A stretch of 60,998 nucleotides of DNA, filler included. It is 8 parts of 8 records of this genome, joined end to end, with 100 filler letters (N's around TTAATTAATTAA, not from the genome) between each part and the next. Parts side by side here need not be neighbours in the genome. Positions count along the whole stretch, not along the records: positions 23,904 to 28,788 come from SRR7504441_2794; positions 28,889 to 39,726 come from SRR7504441_2795; 6 more parts are not named here. The stretch is one strand, 5' to 3'. Of this stretch, positions 24,012 to 34,170 are shown in pieces; within the stretch, counting starts at the first letter, position 1, and every line of letters begins with the position of its first letter. The translations under genes were made by a program, and so were the position numbers. A model generated the notes under the pieces. That model made no database searches, was not told where the DNA came from, and saw only the letters and a program-made list of their open reading frames with translations.

Positions 24012-24646
24012 ATGAGCCCCAAGATTCAGTTCTCGCTAGCCAAGCCGGCCGGCGGGCCCATCGGCGCCAGCCCGTTTGCCGTGACCTCTCCTGACGCGCC
24101 GCCCCAGCGGCCAGGGATCTGTCCCTGGCCGACAGCGGCGGCGCCGGACGACAGCTGGTGAGAGGCCTGGCGTGGCCGGCACCGAATTCGGGCAGGACCG
24201 CCGAGCAGCTCACCTCGTTCATCGAGTCCCAGCAGCATGGGGCCGCCGCGGGGGTGCAGGGCAAGCCTGAGCTGCTCGCACTGGCGCAGAAGTTGGCCAG
24301 TTGCGTAGGGTGCGTCGGGTGGGGCGAGCCGGGGTCAGGTGCGGAACTGAACGACCCGCTCGAGGCCTATATGGGGACCCTGCGGCAGCAGACAGCGGCC
24401 CAACCGGGGGCAGCGGCGGTGCGGGCGGACATAGACGAGGATGAGGACGATATAGAGGGTACGATACAAGCGATCACGGAGAAGAATATTGCGGCGGAGA
24501 AGGCGCAGCAGGAGCAGGCCGAGCATCAGATAGAGGAATGCGAGCTCATCGCCCGGAACGCCCAGCGCGACGACGCTGTGAATGCATCCATAAATAGGCT
24601 GCAAGAGTCTAGTGGGGGCGCTGCCAAAAAGCAACGGAAGGCGTGA
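24012..24646 (+). CDS. Small acidic hypothetical protein with a C-terminal basic NLS-like tail
   Basis: ATG 24012 joins ORF 24158-24646 through a gtgaga...gggcag intron. Contains DPLEAYMGTL...RADIDEDEDD and ends KKQRKA. Confidence 0.55.
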
Positions 24647-24882
24647 ATTGAGCTCCACGTTGACATACGAGAGAGTACGATCATAATTATACACTACATA
24701 CACTACACTACATACACACTCACGTCTTAGATTGAGAAATATAGTCGTTGAAAGCACTTATTCCTTTATAGCTACGTGCAGATATAGAACCCATAATTCA
24801 CTTCAGAATGGACTGAATGGTGTATTGTATCGGCGTTGCCCATCCATGCTACATCCATGCTTGGTCGAATTTGAATGATTGG

Positions 24883-27167
24883 CTAGCTCGTTGATGCCAG
24901 CAACACGGCTATATCCTCGTACTCTTTCATAGTCGCCACACCTAATGACGCCAAGCCCAGCTGTATCATCACTGCGCCTGCAAATCGATTGTTCATTCGG
25001 TCCCCGATAGTTGATACCATTGGCAAAGCTCCAAAGGCTACATCTAGAGCCGTTGTCATTCCGTTCACTGCAGTGGTGTCCAGGCACAAATCATGCGATG
25101 CCATCCTGACCAAGTGGTCGTCCTTAGCAATCATATTATAAAAGATGATCCGGTTGTACCGAAACTCAGACGGATGCTACACACCTGAATGAGGTTGACA
25201 GCCTCCGCAAAGCCCAAGTCTCCTACCGGCTCCCAAGTATCAAGCCGCTTGATGATTCCGGCAGTGGTAGTATCGTTTGTCTTTACTGTACGGGGGGGTC
25301 ACTTGAACACAAAGATGTAAGGATCTTGCCTGAGTACGTGTCCAAGGAGTAACCAAGCACATAGAACTTACTCCTTGCTTGACATTGCGTCAACCCAAGG
25401 AGTGCATGTCCTACCTGGAAGGCCCACAACCACACAATCAAAATCAAATCTCACGCAGCTCCGCAGGCCACCGGGTGATCTCTTAAGTCAGAAGATGCAT
25501 ATCCCACACGAAGCCGCTGCAGCTTGGACATGGCGGCGGCTCGGCCCTTTGAGCGGGCTAAATGCGCTACGGACTGCTTCACCGCGGCAGCCTACAAGGA
25601 AGCAAGTAACTTCTGCAAATATCGATCAAATGCCTTGAGTTGATACACTCGCAATATCTCTTGAGGATTCAGCAATGCCAGCTCGGCTACCCACGATGCC
25701 TGAGAATCTGGATTAGCCCGCTCTGAGACGCTTCCAACCTGAGACGCCAGCCGCCCGTCCTGACGAATTCTAGCTCGCATCACACCGGCCGCGCGCCGGA
25801 ATGTGGTACGGAAGTGCCGCCAGTTGCATGAATTTTGGTAAGCGTATGCGAGCTTGATGATATCGTCTACCTCGCCTCCACCACTGGCGGTAACACTCTC
25901 TAGGACAATCATCGCATCCTTGTACTCTCTCCTCACCTATCGCAGGCTGGACCGCGTGGACTGAACCCCGGCCATTTACCATGAGGAGAGTAGACATGCA
26001 ACTGTAGCCTTCCAACAGGGTAGGATCCAACTCGATTGCACGCTCACAGTGGCTCAGAACGTCCATGTTGAAGCCATGCAGTAGCCGCAATGGCCCGACG
26101 TAGGCGTGCGACAGAGCACAGCCCCCATTGGCAGCCTTGATTACCTGATCGCAATTTCACCAACAATCTGGCAATGCTCACCTTCAGGAATGTCTGTAGA
26201 GCAGCTTCTCGGTCTCCCAGAGCAGCTAGGGCAAGTCCCTTGTGAACTGCAGCCACACAGAATGCAGGATCAATCCCGAGCGCGCGGTCAAACAGTGCAA
26301 TTGCGTCATGGAGCTTATTTGCCTCCTGCAGTCCAGCAATTGGCGTATGCAGCAGAGCGCAGGCATGCCTTTAGAAACAGCCCAGCATTGTACTGAGCTT
26401 GCTTGCAACTCCTGAAGCTATCGGCCGCTTTGAGCATGGCGGGTGCCACCCGTGACGGGTCAGATGATGCGAGCAAGGTGGCCAAGTTGACGTACCCATC
26501 CGGTGCTTGTGGTGCCAGCCTAGCGCCTACTCAGCGACCAAGGACCAGCGAGCACACCTCATCGAATTCACATATGCCTGCTCAGCCGCCTTTGAGGCCC
26601 CCGTATGCCGCAGCGCCAGGCCGAGGTTGTTGTACACAGTGGCCGATGCTGGGCGCACCCGGAGCACCTTGTTGTAAGCCTCGAGGGCTTTCTGCGCTGC
26701 CCCGGCCTCCAGCAAGAGGTGGCCTGCGTACAGCGGTGGCTCCCAATGTGTAGGATCGGCGGCCTCTGCGGCCCGCAGGAGCTCCAGCGCTCTGGCCGCT
26801 CGGCCGCGCTTATGCTCGACATCAGCCAGCCCCATGTATCCCGCCTGCAGCAACTGTCTGGCCAGAGCTGGCGCGGACACCCACCATGAGCCTGGGCTCA
26901 GCGGCCAGCGCTGTATTGTAGCAGCGCTCCGCCGACTCGAGTTGCCGCTCGTGGGCTAGGCGCCGGCCGTGCGTTCTGCCAGGCTGGCTGAGCCCTGCTG
27001 CAGGGGGACCTGATCACATGAGAGCGGCGGTGTCTGACAGGGGGATCTGGTCGCACGGGCCGCCAGATGCTACCTGCAGCTACCCCAGAGTCAGCGGCCC
27101 CGAGGCACCGGTACACAGCTAGTGCCCTCACCAGCTGCAGCGCGAGCAATCGGAGCAAGATGCGCAT
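24883..27167 (-). CDS. TPR + GT41 (O-GlcNAc transferase/SPY-like) protein, multi-intron, missing the central catalytic segment (pseudogene or misassembly possible)
   Basis: TPR exons (VYNNLGLAL..., CERAIELDP). N-cat motif RLRVGYASSDLRDHP near 25470-25520. C-cat DLCLDTTAVNGMTTALDVAFGALPMV...EYEDIAV. Hydrophobic signal-like N-terminus. Confidence 0.8.
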
Positions 27168-27216
27168 CGTCCAGGTCTCGCTGTAACGGAACTACGAGTG
27201 TGTCTGCGCCCTTCCA

Positions 27217-28326
27217 ATGAAGCTGCAGTCGCTGGCGAGTTTGATTGGGCTGACCGTGGTTGCGGTTGGGCTGACCGTGGTTGCGGCAGGGCCCAGCGCC
27301 GGCCGGACGATGACATACTGGGCCGGGGCCTCTGACATGACGGTGCACGGCCGGCCCAGCTGCGGCAACCCGCCCTGCACCAACTGGACCGACCCGGCCG
27401 CCTGGGCAGCGCGTATCGGGCTGATCGCCGCCCACCGGGCCAATCTGACCGGAGTGATCCCGTGCATCCACTCAATAGGCGACGGCGGGCGGCTGTCGGT
27501 CAATGGCGACGGCTCTTACACCAACTTTCTGCCCCACCTGCCAAAGCTAAAGGCGATGGGACTCGAGGTGACCGCGTTCCTGGGCAACAGCGGGAGCCCG
27601 CAGCAAGCCGCGCTGGAGGCCGCGATCCACAGGGGCCAGGCGTTCGTGGACGAGTGCGTCCAGAAGGCGCTGGACAACGGATACGACGGCTACTCGGTGG
27701 ACCAGGAGCTGCGGTGTACCTTGGACGCCGGCTGCTGGGCACGGATGGCGGCACTCCGGGCGCCGTACATGCGGTTTCTGAACCTGCTGGCCGATGGGCT
27801 GCACGCACACGGTAAGATCCTGACGGTGTTCATCGACGGGTGCTGCGGGTATGTGAACCCATATGACAAGAGCAACAGAGGTTGCATTGGCGCCGAAGCG
27901 AGCCACGACTACCAGGCGTGCACCTGTCTGGACTACGCCAATTCGAGCATCGATCGCGTGATCTCCCACGCCACGTATGGCGGCAGCTGGCACGATGCCG
28001 ACGTCAAGGGGCCCGGTGGAGCTGTCTGGACGCTGCAAACGATGGCAGCAGTTGGAGCCAAGGTCATTGGGGTGCCCAAACTCAGCGTCGGGATCAAAGG
28101 CGGGTTTGCTCCTCCGATGAAACCGGCAAATCAGACGGGCGGTCTCAATTGCAGCACTGCGCAGCCACATGTACCCTCAGGCTGTTACGAATCGTTCTCG
28201 GAGGGCGGGCAGCGGGCGATCGAGGGCCTGCATCGGCTTGGGATCGAGCACATCGCCAAGTTTATGGACGAGCCTACGACGCAGGCCGAGTGGGACGCCT
28301 GGGGCCATCACTTGCATGGCCCGTGA
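27217..28326 (+). CDS. Secreted GH18 (chitinase-like TIM barrel) glycoside hydrolase
   Basis: Signal peptide; motif FVDECVQKALDNGYDGYSVDQE with the catalytic Glu retained; intronless 369 aa. Confidence 0.75.
   Translation: MKLQSLASLIGLTVVAVGLTVVAAGPSAGRTMTYWAGASDMTVHGRPSCGNPPCTNWTDPAAWAARIGLIAAHRANLTGVIPCIHSIGDGGRLSVNGDGSYTNFLPHLPKLKAMGLEVTAFLGNSGSPQQAALEAAIHRGQAFVDECVQKALDNGYDGYSVDQELRCTLDAGCWARMAALRAPYMRFLNLLADGLHAHGKILTVFIDGCCGYVNPYDKSNRGCIGAEASHDYQACTCLDYANSSIDRVISHATYGGSWHDADVKGPGGAVWTLQTMAAVGAKVIGVPKLSVGIKGGFAPPMKPANQTGGLNCSTAQPHVPSGCYESFSEGGQRAIEGLHRLGIEHIAKFMDEPTTQAEWDAWGHHLHGP
27247..27287 (+). repeat. 21-nt-period tandem duplication in the signal-peptide region
   Basis: GGGCTGACCGTGGTTGCGG occurs twice (GLTVVAV/GLTVVAA). 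Confidence 0.85.
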
Positions 28327-28788
28327 CGTGTGATACATTGAATCCGTGGCCGAGCACCGATATGTACTCGTATGACACTCGTATGAGTATCCGATAGGTA
28401 TACATGCAGAATAGGATTTATAAGATTATACATGTAGAATAGCCGGTGTGCGTATCTATTCCAATTGGAAAATCTGTTCAATCTTAGCTGGCCATGTCTT
28501 TCGTTAACGTCGCGAACTTCCCAAGTAGAGGTGCTGTATTCCCAGAGGGTCTCGTAGGTGCGCGACGTGAGAGGGTTGTAGTAGTACGGTCTGCGCGCGG
28601 ACGGGTCCTTCCCCGGCAGCCACTCCCCAATCCCCGGCCCGGTCCCGGTGACAGTCCTGACCCGCTTTTCAATCGATCGATCAAAAATATCGATCCGGAA
28701 GCTTGGCGTTGTGGCAACCGTGTTCGAGCGGTCACAACAGGATGGCTCGGGGCGGTGACGGGGAGTGGACGTGAGCATGGATACGTAC
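28308..28788 (-). CDS. 3' fragment of a gene with a WW-like domain (true stop uncertain)
   Basis: GEWLPGKDPSARRPYYYNPLTSRT...W matches the WW pattern; runs into the contig edge. Confidence 0.45.
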
Positions 28789-28888
28789 NNNNNNNNNNNN
28801 NNNNNNNNNNNNNNNNNNNNNNNNNNNNNNNNTTAATTAATTAANNNNNNNNNNNNNNNNNNNNNNNNNNNNNNNNNNNNNNNNNNNN
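28789..28888. other. Artificial contig spacer
   Basis: N44-TTAATTAATTAA-N44. Confidence 0.99.
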
Positions 28889-29728
28889 CTGGCGGATGAC
28901 CTGTTCTACTCCAAGTGGGGCGACGAGCGCCTCAAGTTCCAGCACCACGACTTCAAAAAGGACCTCGAGCTCAACCCACACTGGCAGTCCGCAAAAGGTA
29001 AGTGGGGCGCGCACTTGGATCGTCAGATCCGTACCGAGCCTGCGCGGCAGTGGCCGGTGATGCGGCTCTTCCAGCCATGTGCGGCGCTGAGCACAGCCAG
29101 TCTGGTTGTAGTGCTAGCCATCAGCGTGACCGGTGCGGAGCAATACTCGGACGAGGAGCTGGCCAATCAGACACGACGGTCAGATCCACCTCGAGGGATG
29201 CTGTGGCGCGCTGTCCAGGGAGCGGTCAATGACCTGATCGGCTCCAACAAGTGCAGGATTGGTTCTAGTTTGGTGCGAGAGCATGACTTGAAGGCTAGCC
29301 TCGAGTGTGACACAGCAATGGATGCTGGCAGGAGTATAGTCATGCTGGAGCAATCCCGCGGCATGCTCACCTCGATGGTTGTATCTAGGCTGCCCAGCGG
29401 TGCCGAGGCTAGCACGGGGTCTGTCCTTGTGGTAACAGAGGCCATCTATGAGAGGAGCTCTGATAGCAGCAACGGCGGCGATGATGATAGCAGCCTGCTC
29501 ATAGTGGTAGCATTGGCAGGAGGGCTGGTGCTCCTTGTGGGATTAGTCGTCGCGACGGCTTTGCTCTACATGTCCAGGAGCCTAGGCAACCATGCGCCCG
29601 GAACTGCTCAGACTAGTACTCCTGCTATTAACCCGGTCGTCAACCCGCTAGCTGTTGGGATTGGAGCCAATCCGATCCGCTCAAAGACAACCGAGTTTTT
29701 ACAAACCGACCCTGCACCGGTAGAATGA
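28889..29728 (+). CDS. 3' part of a single-pass membrane protein (5' truncated; exon joins unresolved)
   Basis: Edge exon LADDLFYSKWGDERLKFQHHDFKKDLELNPHW followed by a GTAAGT donor. Terminal exon has TM LLIVVALAGGLVLLVGLVVATALLY. Confidence 0.55.
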   Translation: MADDLFYSKWGDERLKFQHHDFKKDLELNPHWQSAKGKWGAHLDRQIRTEPARQWPVMRLFQPCAALSTASLVVVLAISVTGAEQYSDEELANQTRRSDPPRGMLWRAVQGAVNDLIGSNKCRIGSSLVREHDLKASLECDTAMDAGRSIVMLEQSRGMLTSMVVSRLPSGAEASTGSVLVVTEAIYERSSDSSNGGDDDSSLLIVVALAGGLVLLVGLVVATALLYMSRSLGNHAPGTAQTSTPAINPVVNPLAVGIGANPIRSKTTEFLQTDPAPVE

Positions 29729-29786
29729 TCCTCGTGATCCTAAACTGCACCGGTATTAATTAATGTCCAGTGTCGAGCAAGGCCAC

Positions 29787-29838
29787 AACTCATGTGCACA
29801 AATAATTCTCTCTAACTCATGTGCACAACTCATGTGCA
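29787..29838 (+). repeat. Short intergenic direct repeat
   Basis: AACTCATGTGCA occurs three times, followed by (AAT)n. Confidence 0.7.
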
Positions 29839-29914
29839 GAGAATAATAATAATAAATAATCATGACCAATTACGTACTTGTACGAGTATATACGTCCGAA
29901 TCGAATACAGCTAT

Positions 29915-30796
29915 TCAAGCTGCTGTGCCTCCTAAGGCTTGTCGGTTTTTGTGGTATTTGGGGCTTGCTTGGAACTTGGTGTAGTCCACATCCGTACCCA
30001 TCAGCCAATCCCAGAACACAAAATACCCACCGTAATTACCGACATTGTGCGAGTGGTGGTAGTCATGCGCCGGCGCGCAGTCCATCCACCGGATGACGCT
30101 CCAGGGCGAGATCGGCAGCGGCATGTCGTAGCCCGAGTGGGCGTCGATGCTCTGCCAAAGCTTGAGCGCCGTGTAGAGCCAAAGCACGGTGGCGTGCGAA
30201 CCGAGCAGCAGCGGCCCCGCGATGGTCGAGAGGGTGTTGGAGACTAGATCCTCGACGGGGTGCGCGTATTCGACGGCCAGGGCCATCGAGTGCTTGAAGG
30301 TGTGGTGCTTTTTGTGAATGTATTTATACACCGACCGGTGGTGGAGCGCCCGGTGGCTCCAGTAAAAGAGGAAATCGTCTACCTGCATGCAGACCAGAAT
30401 CTGCCAGAGCACGGTGAGCCCGCCCGGCAGCTGCTCGGTCGCCAACGGACAAAGCCTGTTGAAGAGCGGGAAGGCCGCGAACAAGAGGAGCGGCCGGATC
30501 ACAAAGTGGCCCAAGACCGTGTCGGCGAGGCACTCCCGGATCAGCGGCCAGGACGGGTAGGACTTGGTGTTGGGTGCGATCCGACGGTGCTGGAACATCC
30601 CGAAATGGTCGCAGCTCAGGAAGAAGCCGACAAAGAGCCAGAAGACCGTCTCGAGGACCGCCGTAAACGCGAGCGCAAAGTACCAGCGTCTGGCATCACC
30701 GAGTACAGCTAGACCAGTCGAGCTGGCCAGCTCCTGCGGCCAGGTCTGCGCGTCTACCCACTCCAGGGAGGCAGCGTAATAGCCCGCGAATGTCAT
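29915..30796 (-). CDS. Fatty acid hydroxylase/sterol desaturase family protein, methylsterol monooxygenase (ERG25/SMO)-like
   Basis: His boxes HRALH, HKKHH and HDYHH, plus YAHPVE, HSGYD and GNYG...WDWLMGTD. Confidence 0.92.
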   Translation of the reverse strand: MTFAGYYAASLEWVDAQTWPQELASSTGLAVLGDARRWYFALAFTAVLETVFWLFVGFFLSCDHFGMFQHRRIAPNTKSYPSWPLIRECLADTVLGHFVIRPLLLFAAFPLFNRLCPLATEQLPGGLTVLWQILVCMQVDDFLFYWSHRALHHRSVYKYIHKKHHTFKHSMALAVEYAHPVEDLVSNTLSTIAGPLLLGSHATVLWLYTALKLWQSIDAHSGYDMPLPISPWSVIRWMDCAPAHDYHHSHNVGNYGGYFVFWDWLMGTDVDYTKFQASPKYHKNRQALGGTAA

Positions 30797-30938
30797 GCCC
30801 AGGAGCTGGCACCGCTGCGTGGAGATGAGGCCAATAAAATGTCCGTTGATGGCCGAAGCCGTGGCAAGGGACAGCGGTGCGCTGGCCGACCAGTCCTGCA
30901 GCTGCTAGACTGTAGCTAGCGACGAGATTGGACGGCCG

Positions 30939-32795
30939 ATGGCGCTGCTGGCGCTGGCGCTGTGGATGTCAGCAGCCGCCTCCGCGGCGGCGGCCAGCCC
31001 CGGCTCTCTCTTGGCGGACGCACCTGCCCTTCACGTCGTCCGCAGCTTTGACGTGCAGGCCGCGACCGCGTCTACGCCCGGGGGGCTCAGCTACGAGGAG
31101 CAGGCTGTGATATTCGCGCTGCAGGGGGTCGTAAACGGCAAGGCGGACCCCTTCCCCAGCCTGTACGTGGAGGCAGGCAACCTAGAGCTCTGGCCAGGGG
31201 AGGACGGGTGGTGGCGGTCGCAGCTGGTGCACCGCCGCAACGGAACGCTGGCCTTTCACGACGTGACGCCACCGACGCTGTGTGGCTTGTTGAGCGACTT
31301 TGCCGGCAGAGTCACGGGGCGTGTGGCGTACAGCGGCGACGATGGCTTCAGTTTGCCCATCGCTCTGACGGTGTCCGGCTTAGAGCGCGCGCTGCCCGTT
31401 TCGCTGGCGGTTGCGGCGAAGCACGAGTGTTTGGCGCAACTGCCGCTCGTTCGCGACCTGCGGCCCACTGTGCTGCCGCAGCTGGGCGAGCGTGCGAGTG
31501 CCTGGGAGTGGGCGATCAGGACGCTGCTCCCCAACTGTTCCAGCACTGTGGCTTTCAACCTCAACCACTTCCGCCTCCCATCGGTGCAGCCGCCGCTACC
31601 CTTACCGCCACCGAACCCGAACCGTCCTTGTGGTGGACGGTGTGATAGCACGGCAGTCACGCTCTCGGATGCTGATTTCGCTGTGCAGCAGCAAGCTTTC
31701 GTCATGGATTTTGCTTCGTCATCAGACAGTTCAAAGGCGTTCAGCTACGATCAGGATGCGCAGTGGATTGACCGCGTCTTCGCGCACATGGCGCCCGGGT
31801 TTGGCGCCTTCGGTTGGCACTCGAGCGAGTTTAAGTGGGTCAACCAAACTGGTGTTGGTGGCGGATCAGCGTGCGCTTCCCTCTCAACGGGCTCGCTCTC
31901 TTTCTGGTCCCGCTTGCCGTGCGAGGACGGCGGCCGCGTCGCACCGCCGCTCCCGCAGCCTGACCGTGGGATGAAGCTGAACCGCTCAAAGTACTACATC
32001 ACGTTCGTGACTAACGACGGCGATACTGCGAGGATTGTCGGCGCAGGTATGGGACAAGCCTGGCCGCACACGAAGCGCGGCTCGGTCCCGGTGGCCTGGT
32101 CCCTGGACCTGATGCTCGCCAAGCAGGCGCCAGCCTGGGTGGAATACTTTTCCCGGACTGCCGCGCCGAATGATTCGTTCGTAGCGGCGCTTCAAGGAAA
32201 TGGCTATCTCATGATGAACGAGGTCGCACCACGGCAGCTGCAGCAGTACGCCGCAACAGTGGGACAGCTGCTGAAAACGCACATGACACCGCCCTTTCTT
32301 GTAGACTCTTACGGTTTTGCGAGCCTGGCTACGCTCGGTAACTACAGCAAGTTTGCTGCGGCAGCCGGTGGCGCACCCGGGGCATTTTTGGCCGAGCCAC
32401 TCTACACCAACCCGACGGCGACGCGGTACGGACCGCTGCACACTGCAGCCGACGGGAATGTAGTGTTGAGCGATGGCAAGACACCGGTGCTCGCAACGAG
32501 CAAGCAGCTCTTCTTCTTTCAGGGCCAGGTCGCACGCGCAAAGTGCCCCTCCTGCGCGCTCGCGGCGGAGATTGCTGCGTTTGCTCGCGCGCGTCCGCCA
32601 CCTTACTTTGTGCATCTGTGGGGTGGGATTGAGCCAGGGCTGCTGCCCATCGCCAACGACTCGCCCGTGGAGCTGTGGAACCTGCTCCAGGCGACACAAG
32701 AGGCGTTGGGCGAGGACTTTGAGGTGATCGGAGCCGGGGAGCTGGTGCGCCTTAGCCGTGAGGCGGTGGCCATGGGAGGAGGCTCCGGAATGTAG
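30939..32795 (+). CDS. Secreted GxGYxYP-family putative glycoside hydrolase
   Basis: Signal peptide; family-like motifs ALQGVVN, YITFVTNDGD, RGSVPVAWSL, NDSFVAALQGNGY; intronless 618 aa. Confidence 0.7.
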   Translation: MALLALALWMSAAASAAAASPGSLLADAPALHVVRSFDVQAATASTPGGLSYEEQAVIFALQGVVNGKADPFPSLYVEAGNLELWPGEDGWWRSQLVHRRNGTLAFHDVTPPTLCGLLSDFAGRVTGRVAYSGDDGFSLPIALTVSGLERALPVSLAVAAKHECLAQLPLVRDLRPTVLPQLGERASAWEWAIRTLLPNCSSTVAFNLNHFRLPSVQPPLPLPPPNPNRPCGGRCDSTAVTLSDADFAVQQQAFVMDFASSSDSSKAFSYDQDAQWIDRVFAHMAPGFGAFGWHSSEFKWVNQTGVGGGSACASLSTGSLSFWSRLPCEDGGRVAPPLPQPDRGMKLNRSKYYITFVTNDGDTARIVGAGMGQAWPHTKRGSVPVAWSLDLMLAKQAPAWVEYFSRTAAPNDSFVAALQGNGYLMMNEVAPRQLQQYAATVGQLLKTHMTPPFLVDSYGFASLATLGNYSKFAAAAGGAPGAFLAEPLYTNPTATRYGPLHTAADGNVVLSDGKTPVLATSKQLFFFQGQVARAKCPSCALAAEIAAFARARPPPYFVHLWGGIEPGLLPIANDSPVELWNLLQATQEALGEDFEVIGAGELVRLSREAVAMGGGSGM

Positions 32796-33305
32796 ACGTA
32801 ACGTAGAAAAGTACGAGCGCAATGGCGGATTGTAGATTTCAGAATGTAAGTACGTAGGCAAACCACCTGTTTAATGTACGTAGGTCCCTAATAACGCACT
32901 CGGGGAACCATGAATTACGGAATTACATTCCGACGACACTGGTTAAGTCGCTGAACATCTAGCTAGGTGTAGCAAGCATGCCGGCACACACAGTACATAA
33001 CATTTACTTAGGAATTCGGATTAGGATTTTAATAGGATTTTAATGCGTATATGCATTGATCAGCTGCGGCCGGGGTGGGCACTAGTTTTATTGTTGTGCT
33101 TCCCCAGGAATGCTTGCACGTGTGTCAAAACCTGCGAATCACGCACTCAATATCGCGCGCAGATTGTGGTTGACGAGAGCTACGTACCTGCTCATACAGC
33201 TCGAGCACAGCATTCTGGTTGGACCCATCCGCCACAGCTCCCTCAAACGCCTCGACTGTGCCATACCTGACCGCGGCCTCAGGTCAGCAGGCCACCCGAA
33301 CACAC

Positions 33306-34089
33306 TCACAATGCCCAAAGCTCTTCAGGGAAGCACTCCAATCGACTGAGCACGTCCTTCATCATATCGACCACATGGGCGGCCTGCTCCCGAAGCAAGC
33401 TCATGATGTTGGTCTGGTCGTCCTCCACCCCCTTAAATTGCTCCAGTTTGGCCCGATTCGATGCCATCTGCGATTTGAGCTCTGTGTGAAGCCCCATCAT
33501 TTGCTTCAGCTCAAAGTACTCTGCAGGAAGCAGCGCCTCCACCTCCGCCAGCGTCGGGATTCCCCCTCCGGCCCTGCTAGGCTCATTGCTCGGCTTGCCT
33601 GCACCCGCGGAATCGGCCACCATCGATCGGCTCAGCCAGCTCACCGCATATCTCTGGCAGCACCGCAAATCTGCCGTTGATCGGCTTGCTGCCAGCCTGC
33701 AGTGGCGTGGTGTGTGCCAGCCGCTGCGCCGCAATCGGCTGCAGCCCGGCCCTCGACCGGGCTGGGCTCGCTAGCTCGAACGCCCTGCTGTTCATCTGCC
33801 GTTTGAACTCGGCTTGCAACTGCTTGAACTGCCGGTCGGTCGCCCCAAACCCCTTCCGGCCCGCCAGCTCCGGAGTCCCGCGCAGCAGCGCCTCCGACGG
33901 CTCAGGACGGCGGTCCAGCGACTCAATCCGGTTCCCGAACTGGAGCCCCGGCCGCTTCCCGGCCGGCCCGGCCTGTAGGCTGCAGAGCGAAGACTTAAGC
34001 CTGGAGCCGTCGAGCGGCGCCAACGGGTTTAGCCCGGCCCGGCCCGGCTGCGGTCCCCGACCGAGCCGGCCGATGGGCTGCGGGCGCAT
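33306..34089 (-). CDS. Hypothetical protein with short coiled coils (exon structure unresolved)
   Basis: Overlapping minus-strand ORFs with protein-like segments DRQFKQLQAEFKRQMN and EYFELKQMMGLHTELKSQMASNRAKLEQFK. Confidence 0.45.
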
Positions 34090-34170
34090 CTCGCGAGCCC
34101 AGACCACCTACGCGATCGGATGCCTCTCGCGAGCTTGGGCACCCCGAAAAAAGCATAACGGACGGACGAA

